From Gemmatimonadota bacterium (GTDB lineage: Bacteria > Latescibacterota > UBA2968), in assembly GCA_026705765.1 (NCBI GenBank), contig JAPPAB010000106.1, positions 624-64,623 of the forward strand: 64,000 nucleotides of DNA, given 5' to 3'. Numbering within the stretch: the stretch's first letter is position 1; each line of letters starts with the position of its first letter. The notes below the pieces were generated by a model. It saw only the letters and a program-made list of their open reading frames with translations, did no database searches and had not been told where the DNA came from. Positions 57,306-64,000 of the stretch are shown piece after piece. The position numbers and the translations under genes were made by a program.

Positions 57306-58034
57306 TCACCTTCCGATAATCACATTGACCAGGGCGCCGGGGCGGACATACTTTCCCGCATTCAAAAAAAGACCCGTTACTTTGCACGTCCCATTTTCCG
57401 GATCAATTATGGGACTGATCCCGACGACGCGCCCGAGCAACGCGCGCTTTCCCCCGGCGGTCATCACGGCAGACAGCGGCATATTCTTATAGATCGCGTT
57501 CAGCATGTCCTCGGACACAAGCAGATGCACCTGAAGGTCCATATGGTCGATCACCCGCGCGACCGCGGTGTAAGCCAGTATCCAGTCGCCTGCCTTTACA
57601 TTGACCTCGACCACCATCCCGTCCTGGGGTGCGATGATCGCGGTTCTGTCCAGTTCCATGCGCGCGGTGACCCAGTTGCAGTGCGCGACCTCGGCATCAA
57701 AGCGGACATTCTCAAGCTGCTGGTCACTGATCAGTTTCTTATCGTGCAACATTTCCCAGCGCGCTTTCAGGGTCTGGGCCTTCTTCAATGCAATTCGAGC
57801 TGCTGCTTCCTTCACGCGCAGATCTCGGCGGATTAATACCATAAGGGTATCCCCTTTGACCACCCGGTCTCCCACCTCAAAGTTGACCTGCTGCATCCGC
57901 GCGTTCATCCCGGCATAGACCGTCGCCGACCGCGCAGGTACTAAAGGTGCTCTCAATATCAGTTCTTGTGCATTGCCCCTTGCGGCAATGAGCATGAGGA
58001 ACAGGCCGCACAGAAACATCGCGTTGTATATCAT
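57306..58034 (-). CDS. HlyD-family membrane-fusion/periplasmic adaptor-like protein
   Basis: Signal/TM N-terminus, biotin-lipoyl-like hairpin (VVKGDTLMVL ... IIAPQDGMVVEVNV) and beta-barrel segment. 4-nt overlap with the upstream gene. Confidence 0.6.
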   Translation of the reverse strand: MIYNAMFLCGLFLMLIAARGNAQELILRAPLVPARSATVYAGMNARMQQVNFEVGDRVVKGDTLMVLIRRDLRVKEAAARIALKKAQTLKARWEMLHDKKLISDQQLENVRFDAEVAHCNWVTARMELDRTAIIAPQDGMVVEVNVKAGDWILAYTAVARVIDHMDLQVHLLVSEDMLNAIYKNMPLSAVMTAGGKRALLGRVVGISPIIDPENGTCKVTGLFLNAGKYVRPGALVNVIIGR

Positions 58035-59224
58035 AGTTGGTCTCCTGTCAGACGAATACGTAACACACCCCTGAATCGCACGTTTTTGCGTTTCAGGGCC
58101 TCGATCTCTTTCTGCTTTTCCGCCAGTTCTTTCTCAATTTCCCACCGTTTCAGGTAGTGAACAGGCGGATAAGCCATTTTCAGGTCCTCCAGTTTTTCAA
58201 AAGCCTCTTGCTTCTGCCTTGACAAATCTTTTACGCGCTCAGTGAGACCTCTTAAAACGGGCCGAAACCGCGAAACCTCCTTTTTTTGCGCAAATTTGAA
58301 TTCAATCTCCCGAGTAGTGAAACGGACAGCACCGCCCAGACGTTCTTCCTCTCCAACTTCAAAAGAAGCATCTGCCTCAAGCAGCCCAGATACAAAACTG
58401 TTTACGGGAATCCGTTCCACCATCTCCTGATAGGTCTCGCCTTTCAACCGGATCGTCTGTATTCTCACGGGGCGATCCGTCTCCTCCACGCGCACCTTAT
58501 CCGGCAAAATAGCGCCGTGTTCTCCGCATGTCAGAACTCGCCCATTGAAAAAGATCCAGAACCACGCGGGTCTCGCATCGAGGATCAGGGCTTTTCCACT
58601 CACCTTCTCCCGCGTGTGTCGCCATTGTCCTTCAAAATTCAAATAGGTTTCTGTATTGGCTCTCCGATAATCTGAGTATGCGGCCGAAGGCGTCGCCATC
58701 AGGTATCTAAATGATCGCCAGATACCGCCCTTATGTGATACGGGCATGAACGCCACGAGCAGTATGACAACCACAGCCAATACAGTACCCTCCCCCATAA
58801 GGGATCCGGTTTTGACCCTGTATTTCGCGCTGCCGGGAAATACACAAACCGCGGGATGGGGATAAAACAAGGGCACGCCGCTTTTGGTCGTACTATCGGC
58901 GATCAAGTGGCTCATATAGCCCAGGAGTATGGCCGCATAACACGCGGTGTCCCAGGCGAGTAAGGGCAAAGTGACAACCGATAGCGCAAGCACACAGAGC
59001 AGCGAATGCGTAATCGAGCGATGCCCCCACCGCCGCTCAATCGGGATGGAAGCAAAGGGCATCGCCCGACCAATAGAACTTCTCGGCGAATCCACATCCG
59101 GAAGCAGGCTCCCTATGATCGCGCATGCGACCGCGGGAAGATTGCGGTGAAAGGACAAGGAAAAGAGCGAAAAGGATCCCGCTACCGTGAGCAGCCCAAA
59201 TGCAATATGTGTAGGTGCAGTCAT
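58031..59224 (-). CDS. Membrane-bound metal-dependent hydrolase (YdjM/DUF457-like) N-terminal domain fused to a C-terminal coiled-coil region
   Basis: N-terminal about 170 aa polytopic with HRSITHS and SHLIADS His motifs. C-terminal about 200 aa charged and heptad-rich (EALKRKNVRFRGVLR...). Confidence 0.55.
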   Translation of the reverse strand: MTAPTHIAFGLLTVAGSFSLFSLSFHRNLPAVACAIIGSLLPDVDSPRSSIGRAMPFASIPIERRWGHRSITHSLLCVLALSVVTLPLLAWDTACYAAILLGYMSHLIADSTTKSGVPLFYPHPAVCVFPGSAKYRVKTGSLMGEGTVLAVVVILLVAFMPVSHKGGIWRSFRYLMATPSAAYSDYRRANTETYLNFEGQWRHTREKVSGKALILDARPAWFWIFFNGRVLTCGEHGAILPDKVRVEETDRPVRIQTIRLKGETYQEMVERIPVNSFVSGLLEADASFEVGEEERLGGAVRFTTREIEFKFAQKKEVSRFRPVLRGLTERVKDLSRQKQEAFEKLEDLKMAYPPVHYLKRWEIEKELAEKQKEIEALKRKNVRFRGVLRIRLTGDQL

Positions 59225-60780
59225 CGTTTGAACCTGTACATAAAGAATCGAATGCCTACAAGAATCGCGCTGCCAATACCCGCCAGCACATAGCCCTCCA
59301 TACTCCCGATACCGCGCATGAAGAATCGCGCCGCGACCACGAATAGGAGAATCAGCACCACGGCGAACGTGAGATCGATCTGATCTCGCGCGCCCGTGTG
59401 GGACACATCCCTGACCGCGGATCGGGTTACCGCCGGTTCTTTGCGAAGCCGTTCCACAATCTCAATAATGGCGCGCGGATTGCCAGCACTCTGTTGTAAT
59501 ACCCGAGTCTCGGTCATGGCGTAGTCTTCTATGTCGGCGCCCGCGGCGCACTGGCGGATCAGCTTCTTGGCGTCCTCGGTAGATAGGTGCTCTACTTCTA
59601 CGCATTCGAACTTCCAGAAGTATTTCTCGTAAGGCTTCCGGACTTCTGGTAGAGCAGCAATAATGGTAAACTTGCGGTTGAGTTTGTCGATTAATCGCCC
59701 GACGGAGGCGGTCATATCCGACAGGTCATCCACGATCAACACGAACTCGTTTCTCTCAACTGAGCCGAGCACCATATCGGTCCAGCCCTGAATGCTCGTG
59801 CGGGTGTGTTGCTTTTTGATCGTTTCAAAGTTGTCTGGACCATCCGGACATAGCCTTCCGATTTTGTGCAACCCCTCCGCAATATTTATCAGGTTCTCTT
59901 TCACTGGTGAAAGCGTCTTTACCTTCAGTGCGTTCTCTGCGTCGAGTAGCGCGAGCAAATGGCTTTTGCCCACGCCGATTGGACCAACGACCAGGGTATC
60001 AATACCCTTGCTCAAGTTGCCTGTGAGCTGGCACAATTCCTCATCGCGTCCCACTGTCTTTCCCATCCCGACCCTCGACCGCGCAAAGAATCTGTAATCG
60101 CGATTCTTCAGGCGCGACCACCACCGCGACAACCGCGATCTGCGGTCAATGCGATCAACAGAACGCCGCTTTTGCTCTTCACTAACAGAGATGTAAATGG
60201 ACGCCGCCTCAATGGACGCATGCCCCATCAAGTCCTTGATCCGCTCAACCGGCACATCCCGATCTGCGAGGTCTGTGCCGAAGGTGTGCCTGAGCATGTG
60301 CGGATGGACGTGGCGGATCCCCGCGCGCTGGGCGCAGGTCTTCAGGGCTGCCCACACGGTCTTGCGGCTGAGACGCTGTCCGTTGCGGAGATTGCAAAAG
60401 ACGTATTCAGAATCCGAAAACCGACGGGACTCCAGCCATTCTCGGAGCACATCCTGCACCTCGGGGTTCATCGGGACAACGCGCTCTTTGCCACGCTTAT
60501 CCGCAAAGCGAAGGCTCGGTGTGTCCGTTGACCAGTGGATATTGTCAACCGTGAGTGAACACGCTTCGGATACGCGCAGACCACACATCGAGAGCACGGC
60601 AATGAGCGCGCGATCACGCGAATTCATGCGTACGGATTTGAGTGCTTCAAGCTCGTGTTGCGCGAGCGCTTTTGGTACTGCTGGACGGGTTACAAGTGAC
60701 TGGTGAACCATGGAAATACCCTCCTGTATGGGTTGGAATTGAAACTTCGTGCCCTTCAAATAGTGCAAAAATCGTGCCAA
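59221..60780 (-). CDS. Fusion protein: tyrosine-recombinase catalytic domain (no core-binding domain), P-loop ATPase, and C-terminal two-helix membrane anchor
   Basis: Box I LSMCGLRVSEACSL. Box II HPHMLRHTFGTDLA. MGHASIEAASIYISV gives the R-H-R-H-Y pentad. Then Walker A VVGPIGVGKSHL and Walker B FVLIVDDL. C-terminal hydrophobic helices FAVVLILLFVVAARFF / VLAGIGSAILVGIRFF. The likely true start is MVHQSL at 60711. Confidence 0.7.
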   Translation of the reverse strand: MARFLHYLKGTKFQFQPIQEGISMVHQSLVTRPAVPKALAQHELEALKSVRMNSRDRALIAVLSMCGLRVSEACSLTVDNIHWSTDTPSLRFADKRGKERVVPMNPEVQDVLREWLESRRFSDSEYVFCNLRNGQRLSRKTVWAALKTCAQRAGIRHVHPHMLRHTFGTDLADRDVPVERIKDLMGHASIEAASIYISVSEEQKRRSVDRIDRRSRLSRWWSRLKNRDYRFFARSRVGMGKTVGRDEELCQLTGNLSKGIDTLVVGPIGVGKSHLLALLDAENALKVKTLSPVKENLINIAEGLHKIGRLCPDGPDNFETIKKQHTRTSIQGWTDMVLGSVERNEFVLIVDDLSDMTASVGRLIDKLNRKFTIIAALPEVRKPYEKYFWKFECVEVEHLSTEDAKKLIRQCAAGADIEDYAMTETRVLQQSAGNPRAIIEIVERLRKEPAVTRSAVRDVSHTGARDQIDLTFAVVLILLFVVAARFFMRGIGSMEGYVLAGIGSAILVGIRFFMYRFKR

Positions 60781-60856
60781 AATTTGCCCAAAATCCCGTA
60801 ACTGATTGCAGGAGAGTATGTTTTTAAAAAATGCCCAAAAATGGACATGCGAAAAA

Positions 60857-60919
60857 GTGTTTCAAATGAAACAGTTGGTGTTTCAAATGAAACAGTAAGT
60901 GTTTCAAACGAAACAGTTT
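60857..60919. repeat. Three tandem 21-bp direct repeats, each an imperfect palindrome (GTGTTTCAAATGAAACAGTnn)
   Basis: gtgtttcaaatgaaacagttg / gtgtttcaaatgaaacagtaa / gtgtttcaaacgaaacagttt read directly. Lies 77-140 bp upstream of the recombinase-ATPase ORF. Confidence 0.8.
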
Positions 60920-60962
60920 GATTAGAATTAAATAAGTGGACTATTAGGGATATTACACAAAA

Positions 60963-60990
60963 AAAGCCCTGAAGAACACAGGGCATTTTG
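60963..60990 (-). terminator. Rho-independent terminator for the RelE/XRE operon (minus strand)
   Basis: Minus-strand reading GCCCTGtgttcttCAGGGC followed by TTTTTTT. Confidence 0.5.
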
Positions 60991-61138
60991 GAGGATATTT
61001 ATGGTAATGATGCTCGGATTAGCACTATACTGGAAATGTCGCGATCATCCGGGGCAGGGGACCAGCGGATGCAATAACTAAAACAAAACGACTTTCTGTT
61101 AATTGAAATGTTATACACCAAAACAGGTCAAGTCCAAT

Positions 61139-61465
61139 TTAGCGAGATGATACTGTTTCTTGCAGAGGATGAAAAGAAATTCGAATCTGTTTATGTAATG
61201 CGGCGGCGATTCGCCGTAGCATAGCCAGTGAGTGCCCTTCGTAGTCTGCATTTTCAAGTCTGCAGATGACAGATGCCGATGTCCCAACCTTTTTTGCCAA
61301 TTCTCGTTGGGACAGTCCAGACTCGATTCTGATCTGGTAAAGTTGGGCAGCAACTTCGGCGTGTATTCTTTCTGTTTTTAACAGGACTTCCATTTCCTGG
61401 TCGCCTTCAACATAGCGTTTGTGAAGAATCGCTACGGCATCGGTAGTTTTTTGTGTTTTCATCAA
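61139..61465 (-). CDS. XRE-family HTH antitoxin
   Basis: SGLSQRELAKKVGTSASVICRLEN helix-turn-helix. 4-nt overlap with the upstream toxin gene. Confidence 0.7.
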   Translation of the reverse strand: MMKTQKTTDAVAILHKRYVEGDQEMEVLLKTERIHAEVAAQLYQIRIESGLSQRELAKKVGTSASVICRLENADYEGHSLAMLRRIAAALHKQIRISFHPLQETVSSR

Positions 61466-61836
61466 TCATTCTCCAGCGAATAGGTGTGTCGCCCGGGGTT
61501 CTGTTCAAAGTTTCTTTTTCTTTGAATTGCGAGGTTAATTTCTGTGGAAGGCACGCGCTGTTCTTTAACAATACCGTGTGAAATCACAGTGGCATTACGT
61601 CCCCAAAAAAAGTAAAGAAGCCGATATTGAATGCCGCGATAAGCGATGCGAAGCTCATAGATGTCGTCTCTCAAGTAATCAGATTCGGGCCTCCGAAGTT
61701 CATGACCTAATTTTTGGAGTCGTTCAATTTTCACGATACATTTGGCTTTGACTTTAGGAAGGAGTGCGTCAAGCCAGGCGAGAACTGGAACGTTTCCATT
61801 CGTTTCTTGATAGAATATGACCTGGATTTCCGGCAT
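61462..61836 (-). CDS. RelE/ParE-superfamily toxin (Gp49/HigB-like)
   Basis: 124 aa. IFYQETNGNVPVLAWLDAL ... DIYELRIAYRGIQYRLLYFF matches the Gp49-like addiction-module killer family. Confidence 0.7.
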   Translation of the reverse strand: MPEIQVIFYQETNGNVPVLAWLDALLPKVKAKCIVKIERLQKLGHELRRPESDYLRDDIYELRIAYRGIQYRLLYFFWGRNATVISHGIVKEQRVPSTEINLAIQRKRNFEQNPGRHTYSLEND

Positions 61837-62106
61837 TGAGTATCGTTATTTCCTGAGTGACGCTTTCTATATTTATTTTAATGTTCTCAAATTTAAGAAC
61901 AAAGTCAACAGATTTTATTGAGTAGCCGGCGCACCGTGCCTACGCCCACGCCACTGTTCACTATCTCCGTCGCGGCTGTATGCCGAAACTGATGGATCTC
62001 GCATTTGACCTCTGCCTGATCACACAGCTTTGTCCACTGATACAGCGCGATCCCATAACTCATGCGCTGATCTTTGTATTTTCCCGTCCTGAGGTAAAAC
62101 TATCGG

Positions 62107-63426
62107 TTATTTCCCCTCAAGTTCTGCCGCCAGTTGCGCCAACCACGCATCCACATCCGGGGGAATATCCAGCGGTCGTCTGACCATATTTATTTCAGGA
62201 TATCCGCCCACCTCGTTCTGACTATCTATCATCCGGCCTTCGCGCGTTCGAAATTCGTGTATAATCCGTTTGTCAATTGCATCGCGGTCTTTCGGACGCG
62301 CACCCGCGCTTGCCACCACATGTTCCACTACCGCTGATGCGGGCAATGGTGTGATGTTGCCCCAGATGGGTTTCTCTTCCAAAATGCGGATATTGCCCGA
62401 GGTCAAAGGCACATTGGTTCCTGTTCTATCCAACGCGATATTATCCTCGAGATACGCATCACCCGTTGCCGATACCAATGCCAGTCCTGACCGTGTATCG
62501 TTGCCGTGGATCATCACGTTGCCCACCACACTCACCCTCGCATTTTGTGGGATAAAATCGACATCGTTAAACTGCCCACTGATAAGATTAAGGTGAATTG
62601 CTCGAGATCCTGGATTATAGATCAGATTGTTCACAATAACACCTGTTGCAGATGCCTTAAAAAGTGGACTGCGCTCTACATTATGGGCATACAAATTGCC
62701 GATAATGGCAATTTCTCGGCAGAAATCGTGAATCAGCGATCCCTTTGAATGTGGGCCGCCGCTATGAGACGCATCATGCAGACCTTCGGAGATAATACAA
62801 TTGCGAAATGTGATGCGATGAGAAGTCGCATCCGGTCCTTCTGTACGCGGACCAGACGCGCTCAAATTCTCATCTACTGCCCATGAAATCGAACAGTGAT
62901 CGATTAACACATTATAAGCTTCACCTCCCCACGTTGAAATACCATCAGGCTCCCATCCACTTCTTTTGGGTTCTCCCGCATCGCCCGGTCGCACCCGAAT
63001 ATGTTGCACAATCACATCGTGTGTCTCAATGAAAATGGCACCGCGAATGATTGTAATGCCCGGACTCGGCGCGGTTTGTCCCGCCACTGTCACATACGGT
63101 TCGCTAATGGTCAACTGCGCCTTATTCAGATCAATTACGCCTCCCACTTCAAATACCACAATACGCGGTCCCGATGCAGATAGTGCCTCATTCAGTGATC
63201 CCTGTCCACTTGCAGACAGGTTTGTCACCCGAAGGACTCTGCCTCCACGTCCACCAGGCGTGTTCATACCAAAATCGCTGGTCTGATTCTCCGTAATATC
63301 AAAGCGGTGTGCATACCTATCCAGCCCATCACGGGTATTATCTTCTTCTTGCCCTGTAGGTTTATCACCACCACACGCGATAAGTGCGACAAATATGCAC
63401 AACACGATTTTTTGGATTAAATTCAT
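62107..63426 (-). CDS. PL1-family pectate lyase-like lipoprotein (right-handed beta-helix)
   Basis: Lipobox LIACGG. Repetitive beta-helix segments. HDVIVQHIRV and IDHCSISW resemble pectate lyase catalytic-region motifs. 439 aa. Confidence 0.65.
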   Translation of the reverse strand: MNLIQKIVLCIFVALIACGGDKPTGQEEDNTRDGLDRYAHRFDITENQTSDFGMNTPGGRGGRVLRVTNLSASGQGSLNEALSASGPRIVVFEVGGVIDLNKAQLTISEPYVTVAGQTAPSPGITIIRGAIFIETHDVIVQHIRVRPGDAGEPKRSGWEPDGISTWGGEAYNVLIDHCSISWAVDENLSASGPRTEGPDATSHRITFRNCIISEGLHDASHSGGPHSKGSLIHDFCREIAIIGNLYAHNVERSPLFKASATGVIVNNLIYNPGSRAIHLNLISGQFNDVDFIPQNARVSVVGNVMIHGNDTRSGLALVSATGDAYLEDNIALDRTGTNVPLTSGNIRILEEKPIWGNITPLPASAVVEHVVASAGARPKDRDAIDKRIIHEFRTREGRMIDSQNEVGGYPEINMVRRPLDIPPDVDAWLAQLAAELEGK

Positions 63427-63637
63427 AACGCGATTCCCCGCTCTGCACGCACCAACTGAATCGCTATGCCTGAAAACTCTGTTGTCGTGCGAAAACCTAT
63501 CATACCCACCAGACCACTGCTGAGCAGATTGGTATAATTAATTCTACGCTGTCACTACTGACGTTGTGCTGCGCGTGGGCGTTTACAAAAAAACACCAGG
63601 TATCCGTCACCCCCTCGCCCATTCTCGATAGCAAGCA

Positions 63638-64000
63638 TTACGGCAGATTCAATGGTATTTTTATCTCAGCCTCGGGTTCTCGGTAAGCGCGATAGGTTGC
63701 CCAATAAGTCTCTCCCGAATAGGCATTGAGTCGGAAGACCTCCGTACCGTTAGCATCAACCTCACTTAGTGCTACCGCCCTCTCCTCTATCCCCAGACTT
63801 TCGCCGTAACCGCGGTCATTCCGCCACGCAATCAGCCAATTCCCATTATCGAGCACCGTAACCCCTCCCCACCAGGGCGTATAACCGTATTTCGGCTCCA
63901 ACCGAAACTGACGTATGAAACTGGCCCGACCACTAAGAGGATCAATCGCGTATTCTACCACCCGGGAAAACGGCTCCAGGTCACTGCGATCAGGAGATTC
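63638..64000 (-). CDS. Hypothetical protein, N-terminus beyond the window edge (partial)
   Basis: ORF continues without stop to position 64000 on the minus strand. Trp/Tyr-rich, probably secreted. Confidence 0.35.
   Translation of the reverse strand, partial: ESPDRSDLEPFSRVVEYAIDPLSGRASFIRQFRLEPKYGYTPWWGGVTVLDNGNWLIAWRNDRGYGESLGIEERAVALSEVDANGTEVFRLNAYSGETYWATYRAYREPEAEIKIPLNLP

Noticed and set aside
60857-60919. CRISPR array
   Set aside because: The three repeats abut directly with no spacers, number only three, and are palindromic operator-like units. No cas genes nearby.

Overview
The 64 kb window looks like a chromosomal segment of an uncultivated bacterium. Genes are densely packed, use the standard genetic code (TGA is used as a stop), and GC content looks moderate by eye. 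I support about 60 CDS, one tRNA-Phe(GAA), two clear intrinsic terminators and two small tandem-repeat loci.

Left third (1-17.7 kb), mostly metabolism:
- a PhyH-like dioxygenase fragment, Gfo/Idh/MocA oxidoreductase and a secreted heparinase II/III-like lyase;
- a BrnT/BrnA toxin-antitoxin pair and an MFS transporter;
- a thioredoxin-fold redoxin with an in-frame TGA at the first Cys of its CxxC motif (candidate selenoprotein);
- a gamma-class N6-adenine DNA methyltransferase;
- a guanine deaminase plus AzgA/PbuG-type purine permease;
- a compact GT2 / radical-SAM-SPASM / GT2 / DmpA(S58) peptidase cluster, a lipoprotein and an SSF symporter.

Middle (17.7-40.8 kb) is a defence and toxin-antitoxin rich stretch with housekeeping genes (LarB, Dus, epimerase, PhyH, DapF, sulfite-oxidase-family Mo enzyme) interleaved:
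- an antitoxin-like gene coupled to a 190-aa PD-(D/E)xK-like protein;
- a DUF433-like/DUF5615(PIN)-like pair and an orphan DUF2281-like antitoxin;
- an Mrr type IV restriction enzyme immediately followed by a short prokaryotic Argonaute (inactive-looking PIWI) with a SIR2-APAZ partner, i.e. a SPARSA-type operon, with HigB/HigA directly upstream in the same orientation;
- an XRE regulator, a UPF0175-like antitoxin, a Gfo/Idh-MBL-methyltransferase trio, a HEPN/MNT pair, and a 1697-aa SF1 (Upf1-like) helicase fused to a C-terminal Vsr/DUF559 nuclease.

Right third (40.8-64 kb):
- an MDR dehydrogenase, PHP hydrolase, amidohydrolase and epimerase;
- a three-gene operon of giant membrane proteins, the central one fusing an M28/PA peptidase domain to a MacB/FtsX-type permease;
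- tRNA-Phe with a sigma70-like promoter and a bidirectional terminator;
- an FGE/SUMF1 enzyme;
- a translationally coupled operon of a tyrosine-recombinase catalytic domain fused to a P-loop ATPase and a membrane anchor, a YdjM-like membrane hydrolase and an HlyD-like adaptor, preceded by three 21-bp palindromic direct repeats;
- a RelE/XRE toxin-antitoxin pair, a PL1 pectate lyase lipoprotein and a partial hypothetical gene.

The strongest candidates for a novel or recently described system are the SPARSA+Mrr block, the helicase-nuclease giant, the recombinase-ATPase operon with its repeat array, and the M28-FtsX membrane operon.
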